From positions 6,810,029 through 6,874,028 of the forward strand of contig SMSO01000014.1 in NCBI GenBank assembly GCA_004764695.1: a stretch of DNA of 64,000 nt. Direction: 5' to 3'. Positions 10,081 through 22,641 of this stretch are shown in pieces (positions within the stretch are counted from its first letter, which is position 1; each line of letters opens with the position of its first letter). Position numbers and translations under genes: made by a program. Below the pieces are notes generated by a model that made no database searches, was not told the DNA's origin, and saw only the letters and a program-made list of their open reading frames with translations. This DNA comes from Schizochytrium sp. TIO01. Lineage: Eukaryota; Protista; Bigyra: Labyrinthulomycetes.

Positions 10081-11721
10081 ATGGTACCAGGTGTTGTGCA
10101 AAAGCCGGTGTCACGCCAGTGTGCGGCAAAACCAGTCCTTTTGCTGTTGGCAGTCCTGGTCGCAGCCGTGGCCACGTTAGGGCCTGCGGCTCCAGCCTCG
10201 TATGTCGGCATTCAAAGAAGTCGTGGCGTTGCATGGGCCGCTGCAGTGGCTCGCGCAGGGCTACGATGGAAACTTTGGGCACTGCGAGAGGCGCTTTGGG
10301 GGAGACTTAGGAGAGCGAGCGCACAATGGGCACGCAGAGCTGCAGTTTGGCGTGAGGTACCCTGCGGCGTTTCGAAGGGCGTCGAGTCGCGCGACGAACA
10401 GGTGCCTGGATACCGCACAGAGGAAGGGGCCCTCGAGGAGGTCGAAGAGTTGCCATCTTTCAAAGTCAGGGTTTTTAGACCTCCGCCACCTTCGGAATGC
10501 GCTCAAAGAAATGTGGAGACATGGTCAAGACCGTTGAATTCTTCAAGTATGTCGAAGCTAATATCGAGCTTGGTTCCGAAGAGTCTGGCCATGTCGACGT
10601 CAACCTCGGCATCAACTTCGGCATCGTCAATTTCTTCAAACTTTTCATTTACGCCTACCTCAAAGTTAAGGGTGGATGGTGGGTATATAAAAGGTGCAGC
10701 AATGTCACAGCCACGAGCAGGCAATGATATTTGGCAAAACGAAGAACTGGACACTCAAAATCAGAATAACAGTATCCCTGTAGTTCTATTTCTTCATGGA
10801 GGTGAATTTTTAGATGGTTCAGCAGCTTCTCCAGAATACCACGAGCTGTGCAGTGATTTTGCGCAAGCGGGTTTCGTGGTGGTCTGTCCAGACTACAGAA
10901 TTGGGCGTCAGAACCCTTTTCCAGCAGCCGTTGAAGACGCGTACCGATGCCTGGCCTGGATTGTCAGCGGAGGTTTAGGTAGCATGCCGCCCGAGGCTGA
11001 CTGCAGTCGCATCATATTGGTTGGAGATTCTAATGGTGGTGGGTTAGCGGCTGTGCTAAGCTCTCTTGCGCGCGATGAGCTGACTGGGACTTTAGAGGAT
11101 TCAGATGTTACACATGATTTTGAAATCCTTCACCAAGTCATCATCAACGGCTGGTTATTTATGAATGATCCACTCTGGGAAGCACGCGAACCCTCTCCAC
11201 TTTCTTCGCGGGAAATTTATGCCTCCAGAGAACGATTTCGTGGAAGCTTCTTTAATGGTTCAAATTCCCCAACAGCCTCCATTTCGCCCACTTCTCCACC
11301 TTCTGGTCGGCGAAAATCCCAACCTTTTGTAACAAACTTTACTACTGCGGACCTCATCAATGCTACGCGCTCCGGCTTAAAACCTCAGTTCTCTTGCAGC
11401 GGAGACTCTGTCGGGGAGGTTGTTGATGTGTACCTGCCTGCGTGTATCCGTGAAGAGGCACTGGCTGATCGCCGATGCTCGCCATGGCTTGCTGGTTTGC
11501 ATGACTTACCTTCTACAACGGTGGTGGCAGCAAGCCGTAGCCCTTTTTTTGTAGAAAATCTTCGATATGGCGAGCGCGCTTTCGCAATGGGTAACGTTGT
11601 TGAGAAGCACATAATTGACGACGTTCATAACTTTCTCACAGTACCTATTAGCCCAAATCGCCGTCCAGTTCTTGACGCCGTCCTCCGGCGCCTTAAAATG
11701 TACTTAGAATCTGTAGACTAA
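10081..11721 (+). CDS. Alpha/beta hydrolase, HSL (Abhydrolase_3) family, with N-terminal hydrophobic anchor
   Basis: PVVLFLHGGEF, VVCPDYR, FPAAVEDAY, nucleophile elbow GDSNGG, C-terminal VHNF. First ATG at 10081 (the ORF track starts at GTG 10027). Confidence 0.88.
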   Translation: MVPGVVQKPVSRQCAAKPVLLLLAVLVAAVATLGPAAPASYVGIQRSRGVAWAAAVARAGLRWKLWALREALWGRLRRASAQWARRAAVWREVPCGVSKGVESRDEQVPGYRTEEGALEEVEELPSFKVRVFRPPPPSECAQRNVETWSRPLNSSSMSKLISSLVPKSLAMSTSTSASTSASSISSNFSFTPTSKLRVDGGYIKGAAMSQPRAGNDIWQNEELDTQNQNNSIPVVLFLHGGEFLDGSAASPEYHELCSDFAQAGFVVVCPDYRIGRQNPFPAAVEDAYRCLAWIVSGGLGSMPPEADCSRIILVGDSNGGGLAAVLSSLARDELTGTLEDSDVTHDFEILHQVIINGWLFMNDPLWEAREPSPLSSREIYASRERFRGSFFNGSNSPTASISPTSPPSGRRKSQPFVTNFTTADLINATRSGLKPQFSCSGDSVGEVVDVYLPACIREEALADRRCSPWLAGLHDLPSTTVVAASRSPFFVENLRYGERAFAMGNVVEKHIIDDVHNFLTVPISPNRRPVLDAVLRRLKMYLESVD

Positions 11722-12284
11722 ATGGCACAAGCAAGAGAGGAGGTATGGTTTGCATCCTATCTCGCGTGCCGAGAGCAATGCCTGTAATTGTAACCTGAAG
11801 GCATTTCGTTTAAAACTGCTAAGAGAGAACAAGTTAATATTTTAATTTATTTATAGGACTTGAAAACAGTAGAAAAGGAGCGAGTTGTTAATGTGAGGGC
11901 AAATTGATCATAAAAGAAACAACATCGAATTATCAGGTTATAGATTCTTAACTACAGATTAGCCTGCTGAATTTGGTAGAACCACCATAGGTATCAACCA
12001 ATCCCACTTCCCGTGTTTTAAAGAAACTGCTGAAGTGTTATCGCCCTGGTCTCTTAAATTTCGTATTGAAGTTAAGCTAATTGGGCTTGGCTATACTGCC
12101 GAAAACTGTTCGACTCTGTATTTAAATGTAGATGACAGGCCTTTTTTAAAAGGAGAATATATATATATAATTTTAAAAGAGGAATGACCTTATACATTCA
12201 TATCGATTTATTGTTGAGTTATTTACTTACTATTTAATTTTTAATTTTAACTTTATTATTTATTTATTATTAATTATTAATTAA

Positions 12285-12306
12285 TTTTTTTTTTTGGGGG
12301 GGGGGG
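12285..12306. repeat. T11-G11 abutting homopolymers ending an AT-rich tract
   Basis: tttttttttttggggggggggg. Confidence 0.8.
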
Positions 12307-13561
12307 TTCAGCTGGTATAGAGACAAGCCCCTATGCCAACTCCTTCTGCTGCTCGTAGCGATTTTGTGGGTTATTCTTTACTCAAACATCAAACATCAAA
12401 ATCATGTTAAAAAAACTGCAACAAGTGTAAGTTGGAATGTTGAAATATGCACAAGTTCTTGAATTGAACGATGTTCACCTTTTTTTTACCAGTTTAGATT
12501 ACACCTGATGTGGCGCAATCTATGCTCTCGCAACTATCGTCAGGACTGAGTATACACGAAAATCCCGCCAGCTTTTACGACTTTGTTTTATAATATCAAT
12601 TCGAATGTTAATTACGCTCTCTACCGCAGCACTATATGACAGAGATACTGAATAAGAGAGCGGTTCCAAGAGGTATTATGAAAAAATCGGCCCACTTCAG
12701 CTCATGTCTTACAAAATTAGAAATAATCAAAGCACTTAAGCGAAACAAAATCTCTTAATGGAAACGGATGATTCTTAAAAGGTGGGAAATCAACGATATG
12801 AACAATGCGCCTAAGCTCCAAAAATATCACTATTAAAGCTGCCACTTCGAGTGTATCAAAGTTTAGGCTTGGATTAAGTTGCTCCAACGATAAAATTTTG
12901 AATAAGGTGGCAGGATGCCAATATGAAGGATTAACTAAGACGCATGAAGATATCTAGAATGTATGAGAATTTAGCTATATTACTCTAGCAAGTTTTTCTA
13001 AGACCTGTGTTGCGGGCTAATTTGCATGACTTGCTATTTATGTGATGGTATAAGGTGTTGCATACTTAAAGAGTATTGAGTTGGTTCTATCATGACGCAA
13101 AGCACTTCACTATATATTACAGGCAGAGAGAGATCGATTTAGGCCTCCAGACTAATTTCTAACCTAATATATAGAAAAAATACCCTCACAGTGCACCAAA
13201 AGTATGTGTGAATAACTTTCAGGATTTCCTTGCTGGCTACCACAAGAAATGCCTGCATTATGTGTCTGCTCTATCCTATCAATGGAAAGGACAACAAAAT
13301 AGGAATGTGTTTTATGCCTTTTTGGCTACACCACAAAGTTATCTCTGTGGGGAAACAGTGGTGTATCAGTAGTGCATGTCGGAAACACTATTTAGTGGTC
13401 TGCTCTACAGCTGTGGCAAAATTGAAATTTGGGTGCTGAGTCGGCGAGGCGACAGCAACCTAAAGGTGTATTCGTCTAAAGATTTTCCCGAGCCAACTTT
13501 CTAGACCGGGTAGAAAAGTACTGACCACACTACAACCCAATGTATTGCTTCTTCCCGAATG

Positions 13562-15640
13562 TTATTTGCTAGAGGACGTCGCGGATGCTGGTTGTTGATG
13601 TGGCGCAGTCTTGGTTGTTTGCCGTTTCTTACGAGCGGGCTCCTTGGCAGCAGCAGTGGATTCCGCGTTGCTCTGGTTATCATCATCGTCGTCCTCAAGG
13701 TCTTCGTTGCTTCCAGTCGTGCTACTTCCATCAGCTGCCTTACGCTTGCCACGGCGCTTGTGGCCCTCAAGGTGGCGGCGAAGCTCTGAGTTACAGGCAA
13801 ATCCTTTGTTGCAGCCCTTGATAGGACAAGGGAAAGGCCTCTCTGGGGAGTGAATGCGAATAAGGTGAAGACGTAAGTCTGTCTGGCGCACGAAGGAGCG
13901 CTCGCAGCCTGGTTCCGTGCAAACCCATTTCTTTTCCTTAGTGTGGTGGTTCCGGACATGCAAGCGCAGACCCTCTGCAGTAGAGTACGACTTGTTACAT
14001 CCTTTCACATCGCAAGTGATAGCACCAGGCTTACGCGTGTGAATGCGCTCGTGAGAACGGAGGCAACCCATTTTAAAGAAGGCTTTGTCGCAGTACTTGC
14101 ACTTGTGAGCACGGGCTTCATCAGCGCTACGGTGGGTCTTAACATGTGTTTCAAGACTCCAATGCCATTGAAAGGTGCGATCGCAGTCGGGGTGCGGGCA
14201 TTTATACAAATGGTCTGTCTTACCTTTAATGTTGCGCTTGATAGCATCGAGGTCGAGAGTTTGAAGCTGCTCTCGGGATGCCCTGGCAGATGCGGTAGAT
14301 TCCTCTCCAGGGGAGCCAAGCGGGGAGGAGATTGCTGAAAGAGACGAAGAGGATGACGAAGTAGCAATCGGCGCTGGGACTGGACTTACTTGTGCATGTT
14401 GTGCTTTGTGTGGTTGCACAGAGGATGAAGATTTGCTAATAAAAAATTCAGATCGCTGAGAGTTCTCCGCAGTGGGTCGCTGATGCTGTTGCATCTGGTG
14501 CTGGGATTGCTGAGCGGAAAGTGCAAATTGCCCTTGCAGCTGTTGAAGTTTGGCCAGCTCAGCCATAGCATTAACATGTGAAATTTGCTGTTGTTGCTGC
14601 TGCTGTTGCTGTTGCAACAGCTGGCTTCCCTGAAGGCTTTGAGGCAACTGTTGCTGCACAGCAGCGGAGAACCATTCAATGGGGAGGTTTGTAGGACTGA
14701 GCTGAGTGGGCAAAAGCGAAGGTGATGAGGCAACTGGAGATGTCATGGCGGATGGCAGACCAGGAGCCCTTGGGTCCTGTTGTTGGGTAGGTGATCTTGA
14801 ACCAGTGGATCCTGCACTAGGTGATGATGAAGAGGCTGCTACGGCAGCAGCTGCTGCGGCAGCTGCTGCAGCAGCAGCTTGCGATCGGATCTGAGATACC
14901 ATAGTGGATGCAGAGAGTCCAGCAGAAGAGGCATTGTACTGTTGTTGCTGGTGCTGTTGTAAGATAACATTGTGCAAAAGGTTGAGTACATGGGGTGACG
15001 TAGCGGCCGCAGCAGCAGCTTGAGGAGTTGAAGATGCAGCTTGTGCTGCAATTGCTGTGAGCCCTGAGAGGTATTGTTCAATAGCCTGAGCTGCGTTTTG
15101 CGACTGAGGAATCTGCTGTTGTTGTTGTTGTTGTAGTAGTAATTGAGACCAGTTTGCTCCAAGAGGCGATCCCCGTGAAGGTCCAGATGATGCGGAGAGG
15201 GCCGTCATGGATGGCATGCTGGTGGAGCTCGTAAGCATGTTGTTTCCTGGAAGCTGATGATGACGAAATTGTGCTGTAAGGTCAACCGAAAGGTCCCGAG
15301 TAGCAGCTGAAGTTTGTAGGGAGCTAGCTGCGCTTTGGGGGGTGTCTACAGAGAGTCCTCTTGGAAAGCCTGCTGCGTACAAGTTTTGTTGCTGTTGTTG
15401 TTGGGCGGCGTACTGCAAATGCTCGAGGTTATGAGGAAACCACTCTTGCTTGGCTTTCTCAGAAGTAGTTGATGCACTGGAGGATGTGGCGCGGGTTTGT
15501 TGCTGCGAAACCTCGCCGGCCAGCGCCTTCCCTGAATCGTTAGATGCAGGGGTTGAGTTCAAATCTGCCGGCGCCGGCCGCGAGTCGCCTTTTCTTGTTG
15601 GCGACGTGGGCCCGACGTACCGACTGCCGAGCCCGGGCAC
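13562..15640 (-). CDS. C2H2 zinc-finger transcription factor (5 fingers, polyQ/polyA/Ser-rich N-terminus); true start or upstream exon uncertain
   Basis: Fingers CPHPDC..HVKTH, CKYC..HERIH, CDVKGC..HVRNHH, CTEPGC..HLIRIH and CPIKGC..HLEGH, then a basic NLS-like KRRGKRK. The ORF opens at GTG with an in-frame stop just upstream, so there may be a 5' exon (candidate donor GTGAGC at 15804) or a downstream ATG. Confidence 0.92.
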   Translation of the reverse strand: MPGLGSRYVGPTSPTRKGDSRPAPADLNSTPASNDSGKALAGEVSQQQTRATSSSASTTSEKAKQEWFPHNLEHLQYAAQQQQQQNLYAAGFPRGLSVDTPQSAASSLQTSAATRDLSVDLTAQFRHHQLPGNNMLTSSTSMPSMTALSASSGPSRGSPLGANWSQLLLQQQQQQQIPQSQNAAQAIEQYLSGLTAIAAQAASSTPQAAAAAATSPHVLNLLHNVILQQHQQQQYNASSAGLSASTMVSQIRSQAAAAAAAAAAAAVAASSSSPSAGSTGSRSPTQQQDPRAPGLPSAMTSPVASSPSLLPTQLSPTNLPIEWFSAAVQQQLPQSLQGSQLLQQQQQQQQQQISHVNAMAELAKLQQLQGQFALSAQQSQHQMQQHQRPTAENSQRSEFFISKSSSSVQPHKAQHAQVSPVPAPIATSSSSSSLSAISSPLGSPGEESTASARASREQLQTLDLDAIKRNIKGKTDHLYKCPHPDCDRTFQWHWSLETHVKTHRSADEARAHKCKYCDKAFFKMGCLRSHERIHTRKPGAITCDVKGCNKSYSTAEGLRLHVRNHHTKEKKWVCTEPGCERSFVRQTDLRLHLIRIHSPERPFPCPIKGCNKGFACNSELRRHLEGHKRRGKRKAADGSSTTGSNEDLEDDDDDNQSNAESTAAAKEPARKKRQTTKTAPHQQPASATSSSK

Positions 15641-18600
15641 GTAGCCTCGAGCTCTACCGCACAGGGTTGTGAAATCAATTAATCTGTTTTACACGCCAGA
15701 GGCAACGCTGCCTCCGAATTTTGCTTAGGCACCCGACGCTCACGCAAGTGTAGTTGCCTGTTTTAGAATTCGAATACCAAATTTGGTCCGTTTCGGCTGC
15801 TCACCATGCCTTATGAACGTGCCTGGCTGCACCTGAGTAGGGATTTACTTCCCTACGACGTCTAAAAAAAGTATTTGAGCAAGGAATAAGACGTTGTCTT
15901 TGGCACAGGGAGCCTTTGCTCAGTGGTGTTGATGGTGATCTCGTTCAGGATGAATGTCGAATTCTACTGTACTCTTAAGAAATCAGTCAACGACTCCCCT
16001 ATTCCTGAAAGCGAAGCAAAAAGCAAAACCTCGAAGGTGCTGATTGCACAGAGATCCTCAGCACTTCTCAACTCTATTCGTCACGAGCCAGCTGCGACCC
16101 CAAGCGATTGGGCTTTGCTCGACTGGGCTGGTCTGGTCACGTGCTGCCGCGCTACTATTCCCAAGCAGACACGAAAGAGAAAACCGCGAGGTTTAAAAAA
16201 AGAAGGAAAACAGAAAGAAACTGAGCCTCTCGTTCTCGTCAATCGTTCGGCCACAAAGCTCGAGCAGCTCACAGCGTCCAGAGCAGGCCAAGGCAGGCAA
16301 GCTCCCAGAGGGATAAGACCTTCCCTAGCTGCTACGTAGGAGGGTTTAAAGCTGTTGTCGAGGCGAACGGGAGTTGGCTTTTCGGGTTTGCTGGCCAGCG
16401 GCCCACGGCGCCGGCTCGAGCAAAGCAGTTCTCGTGGGACCTAGTCGAGTGATTCTTATTTACTTTGTTGATTTAATAGTTTGAAAAGATTATACAGAAT
16501 TAATAGAAAAGGAAGTCTTCTTCCTTTCCTAACAACGTGACAGTCGATAAGTAAAAGATAAACTTTAAAAGCTCACACTATTTTTCATCTTTGGGTGGGA
16601 GGTTTTCGACCTTCATATTTTAAAAATTAAAATTCTCTTTAAAGAAAAGAAAATAGTGTATGTAAAAGAAAATAAAATAAAGTTTCATTTGACAATGAGG
16701 TTTCACGTAGGAACCATTAATGTTAACAAAGAGATATTTACCAGAGTCGAGAGCTACCAGAAACAACAAACATTGAATTAAGAAAATGCTAACCAAACTC
16801 GCGGCATCATATCATTTATTCAAGGTTCCTCAGTTTGAAAGCAATATGTGGGGGAAGGCCGTTCGCAGCCGCAGCGTGCAGCGTGCAGGATGCCGGGTTG
16901 GCCGAGGCGAAAGAGGCCTCGCCGGGCCACACGCCTGTTTTGGAGACTGCTACAGACCTCGTGCTCATTACTTTTAGTCAGGCAACTCTAACACGAAATA
17001 CCTAACAATACTCTATTTTTCATGGAGAACGCCTGAGAGGAGTATTTCTTTTTGGTTGTTTCCTTACAAGTAAAATGATCATTGCGATTTATGGGGACAA
17101 CCAATCAAGGGAAAGCCTCTTCCTGCTGGTCATATTCCTAACCACCTACCTACTAAATCGTCATCATCCCATGACAACAACATTTGATACTAAAAAGTAA
17201 CCTTTCTTGTTTAAAGTTTTTGTTTCATAATCATATTTTAGTTTTTATAGTTTTTAATTTTATTTCTAAAAATAAAAAATTTGAAAGAATAGCCTGAACT
17301 TCATTTGGGAACCCGTAAAGGTGCCAAGGCGAAGTCTTTTAATCCCTCTAAAGGAGGGACCAAAGGCACCTAATTAAGCCTCAGAATAAGCGGAAATGGC
17401 TGTTAAGAGTGTCGCAGCACCTCTGAACTGCTTTTTGCGTGGTAGTAAGCTTCAAGCTTGCTTTGCTCATACATCGAAGGCCTACTTACCTAAGTGAGGC
17501 ACAGGCTGCAATAAGTGATGCTTCGGTTAAACCTCTAGTAAATAAAATTCCAAAGCCAGCGACATTCAACTTTGGTTTATAGTTTCAGGAATAACCTGTC
17601 GTTGATGTCGATCTCAGTACAATACTGAGCATGCATGGAACTCTATCTCTTCCAGGCAGTGCTACTTTTCATATGTTGACGTTTTGTTTTCAAGAGCTCA
17701 ATGATCAATGATGCCTTTGTGACAGTGAGTAAGTACAACTCGAACTTCGTCCTGTTTTGCGAAACTAGAACGAGATTAGAAAGGCTGAAGTTTATGAAAT
17801 ACTATGTAGCTTCATAAAAATATTAGTATATATATTTTATAGCACTTGCGGGCAGGCAAACTTCCCGTTTCTTCTACTTCCACTCTTTTCTCTCCCTATA
17901 CGAGGACCAGAAAGAAAGAAAAAAAAATAGAAGAAAAAAAGTCAGACTTTTATTTATAAAAAGAAAATAAAAAGTGATCATCTGAAGAGGTCCCCACCTT
18001 TATTGCGAAAGGAATTCTGAAGGCTTGTTTGTCAAATCTTTCAAAGCCAATTTCAAGAAATTCTGTTCATGATCGCCTCATGACATTTTAAGCAGCAAGT
18101 TTCGCGCGTCGAAGAAGGAGTGCAAGTCGATCTCGTTCTGGTACTTCCTCCGAGTTGTATTGACTCTATGTACAACATGTAGATTTGACCTCGTAGTGGG
18201 GGGGGGACCCATTGAATCCAGTATGAACATCTTAAAGATGAGCTCCAGGAGATCTGTCAGCAATAAGGTCTATAGCTACGTTTTGTCTCACACACAACTG
18301 TCTATATTCGCAGTCACACAAGGAAATATCAGTAATGCAGGTTTTTCTTTCTTTGCATTTCTATAATGTATCTTTTGACGAGAGAACAGTTGGAACCTAT
18401 TATAACTATCGCAATTCATGGATTTTAGTAAAGCTGGAGGGCTTGTGTAAGGCAAAGTCTTATCGTGCCAAAGATGATTGTGGAGGAAAAGACTGAACGA
18501 AAATTAATCAGACCCACCTCCATCAGCACATGTGAAGAATCGAAGCACCAATCGTTAACAATTTTTTTGGGCTCTTGGTAAATCACGGAAGAGCCTGCAT

Positions 18601-21600
18601 GTTGTAGTTTCTTTCAAAAAGCATTTCTGGGCTCCACAAAACTATCTCATCCTAAACACCCAAACCTCTGTGACTATGAGCTTCCCTTCGGAAATTTGGA
18701 GTGGGGTTCCGGCGTCGAGTACACCTCACAAAAAGATAGTAGTGAAATTTACTAGTAGTAGTCTATCCAATAATAGTAATTTCTGATCTTTACCCCTAAT
18801 TCTGTGTCTTGCTGGATGCTTAGAATCCCTTGCTCTTGCTAAAACTATGCTTGCTCAAAAACAACTATCTAGGAACTTTTCTTTTTATCCTGCAACTTGC
18901 GGAGCATCCACACTTCCCTCCACAGCTGATGCTTAATGTTCTATCTGGTTCTACTCGAGCTTTAATATTTAATTTTTAATTTTATTATTTTATTTTAACA
19001 ATGTGACGGGAAAAAAGGGAAGAAGGAAAAAACGATAACCTAAAATGAACAGAAAAAATAATACTAATTTAAAGCAATCACTCTAGGTTCCGTTTAGTGA
19101 ATCATTGAAAAACGATAGTCACCGTGACGGCCATTCCTTGGTGGTACAAGGTAGTGCTGCAGCTTAGAAAGCTAAATAAAGTGCCCCACAGTAGAAAGGC
19201 AAGGATAAGTGGCGTGCGGTGTGGGCGCGCAAAACTTGGCGCACACCCTGCTCCCCGGCGAAATCAGCGCGTGCAGTAGTAATAGCGAAGCATGGAAGAC
19301 ATCATCAGCAAAGCAGCGATGGGGAGCGCGCCCTTTTTAAGCAGACAGGAAAGCTAAGGAAAGACAGAAAAGTGCGACGAAAAGCGCGAGCGCTCTGCTC
19401 TCTGCTGGTCTGTCATGTCATGGCGGTGAGTCGCTGATACTTAATGCTATAACCTCTTGTGGGAACTCTAATCTGCAATTGGGCGTGTGGACCCTTTTTG
19501 CAGCGAAGTTTCGCTGTTTTCTTGAGGTCCTCTTGATTTCCACTTGTACTTTACTGCATCTTTTTCTATTTCCTTTTCTTTTTCTCCTTGTTTCAACTAC
19601 AACTAGTCAAGATTTACAGCTTGGATCAAGCATTTACTAATTAGTGTCTATAGGCTTCCTCTTGTTTTTCTTCCTCCCATTTGAGATAGCCTCTGGCATG
19701 TCACGGTACCTACCTACCATTTGGTTATAATTTATGGTTATTTACGTGTTGATTTTATTTTTTTAATTAAAAAAAAAAACAAAAAAACTTGAATATTAAT
19801 TTTTATTTTAATTAAAAATCAAATAAAAATAGAAATGCTGGAGGGGCTTGCTACAACAACACATCAACATCGCATAATAGACGCTGCAAGCCGAGCCTTC
19901 GAACAACAACACTCCCGCTGCTGCCAGTCTTTCGCTGGTCGTCGTTGTACTGGTAGCCTCCGCAGATTATCGGAAAGGATGCTGATCCGAATTGTGGGTT
20001 GAAGAGCGCTGCGGGCGCTGTCTGGGCGATTGAGTGAGTCGCTCGGAACTACTATGCTTCCTGTTCTTTTCTTGTCTCACAAGGCCCTTCACGAAGGACA
20101 ACCTGCTAGTTCGTGACGGTCTCAGGCAGGCAGGTGTCCCGCGTAGTCTGCTTGCTCTGTGTTACGTTTGCTTGGATCCCTCATCTTCCTACATCTTGCT
20201 GTACCTGCCAAGCAGGGCTGCACGGGACCGCGATGATCTGGTTCATGGCGCAGGCCACATTCATGGCCAGCTTGCCCCCGGACTCCACTCTTAGTGTGCA
20301 GTGCAGCGTTTCTGCGCCTGGAGCGACAGGTCACTCCACACTGACTCATAATGACATCAGATTAGTCAATCGTCCGCTGGCAGCGCAGCAGCAGCAGCGT
20401 CGAGCGTCAGTTGAGAATGGGAGTGCCAAGCATTAGAACCAGCTAGCTTATCGAAGGCGGATGAGGCAATGGAGGCCTTCGGAGAAATCGATAAATGACC
20501 TTTTTATTTATTAGGCCTCTTATTCTTTCTTCCTTGAAATCACTTTTTTGTAGAATTAAGAAAATCAACTTTCTGTGCTATCATATTTTATAAGGAAAGA
20601 GATAGCATTCATGGGGAAGGAACGATTCCAGTCAAGTCCAGACTGAGATATGCGTGCAACATCAATTAGTGATGCATAATATTCTATTTATTGGTGCACG
20701 TATATATGTCTATCTGCATACCGTTGACGCTGGGATATGTCGTGCACTGCGATGTAGAAAAGGAGCGCACGCTAAACTTGTCGCGGTCACTGGGTCCAGA
20801 CGTTTGTTGTAAGTGTTTGGTTCATCAACGACGCCCTTCGCGTCCACATGCTCCAGGGGTATTGAAACGACGCGCTCGCATGCATTTTTTCCCAGCCTCC
20901 TGAAACCTCCATTGGACCTCTCATGCTACAATCTAAAACTGACTTACACGAGGATTGCCAGCCCCAGCTCTGGGCCAGGACTTCTAGCTCGACGGTTTTC
21001 ATCGCGACGCGGGTTTCCGTCACTGGACGCGAGCCTGGCATATTGAAGGCAATCATGATGAGATAATAAAGCAAACGTCGGTTTTTTCCTTTTCATTGCA
21101 GCGCGTGCCGAAGCAGGTCTCACGAAGCGAAGACGTGCCATCCATGCATGCATGCCTCGCAAGAATGGGCGTGCGCGTTTAAACTGCGACGATGCAGAAA
21201 GGCACGGAGATGTGCAAGAGCAACACGACCTTGTTTACTTACCACCAGGTGTTTCTTCGTGTAAGGGCCTTGATGAAGGAGTCAATGAACTCGTGGACAC
21301 AAGATTGAATCAAGCAACGAAACAAGGAAAGCATAACCATACTACATGTTAGGACCTAAAACTATTTTGTTTTATTACTTTTCTTTCGGTGTTAAAATCA
21401 CTTTTAGATTAGGAACTTCTATAATAGTAATAGTATTACTACCAGTGTAAAGGTATACTTTTAAAAAAAAAGTTTAAGAAGATATATATTGTTTATAATT
21501 ATTTTAAAATACTTCAAATGAAAGAATAAAATAAAATGAGGCAGCAACAGCATCCTCTGCTGTATCAAATAATATGATGAAGAACGAGAGGTTTAAGATT

Positions 21601-22139
21601 GCTTGCTTCATGTCAAATTGAGGCGCCATTGATGCGATTAAGTAAGCTCCACGCTCTAACTAATAGCTTAATTAATGCACGGCAAAAGGAACAAAATGAA
21701 ATACTCGAAGAATTTTTAATCTTTTTAATTTTTTTTTTTCTGTTATGGCAGGCCAGGAAGGTATTTGAGTATTCTTTTCAGCTGGGCTGCTGAGCTGTTT
21801 TGAGTTATTGAGTACAGGAAGGAAGAGAAATCAAGTCCACCGGGACTAATAATAATATAATAAGGTGCTGTCGCAGAACTTCGATCTAGGCCCGGTTTCA
21901 TTCTTACAATAAGCAGTTTATCTCCTCGCCAGTGTGAGGATCGCTTGTTCCTCCTCCCCTCTATCGTCTTTCTCCAGCGCTTGAACGAAGCAAGCCATTC
22001 TTCAAGTACGGTTCTGCTATTCCATACAGGTTCTCTAAGATGGATGGTTTATTTTAGTTTTACAATAAGTCTCGTCCAAGTCACTTATATGTTAACCGAA
22101 TGAGAAGAGAAGAGAAGAGAGGAAAAAAAAGTTGTCGAG

Positions 22140-22173
<34 letters not shown>
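22140..22173. repeat. Poly(A)34 homopolymer
   Basis: Uninterrupted A run. Confidence 0.9.
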
Positions 22174-22174
<1 letters not shown>

Positions 22175-22620
22175 GTGGAGGACACTAGGTACCAGTACCA
22201 GTAATATGATAATAATATAGAACAGAAGAAAGTGATGGGACTCACACCATGATAGTGCGAGGTCTCAAGACCTGAATTGAAGTTGACACCACGCTCGTGC
22301 GAAGCTGCAAAACCTTGGCGTACGCCCAATGGCAGTTCATTCTGAAGACGGACCTTTCATATTTCATGGGTGTCCGCGTTCCTGATGTCTCTGCGTCCAC
22401 CATTTTGAACGTCGCTGGCCAACTTCCGCCTAGTCGGAGGGCATACTAAGCCAGCTGAGCGAGATTTATTGAGCGCCAGTTTTCTTCTTTCCTTGCATCC
22501 GCTATTCCCTTCTTCACAGAATCCTTTTGTTTCTCAATATTATCCGTGGAAACACAAAACATCATTAAAAAAATGCATGCATTACTATTTTTTATTTTCT
22601 TATTTTAAAATGCAAACGTA

Positions 22621-22641
22621 GAAGAAGAAGAAGAAGAAGAA
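22621..22641. repeat. (GAA)7 microsatellite
   Basis: gaagaagaagaagaagaagaa. Confidence 0.85.

Noticed and set aside
22100-22200. Poly(A)34 as a retroposon tail
   Set aside because: No target-site duplication or upstream SINE/LINE body is visible.
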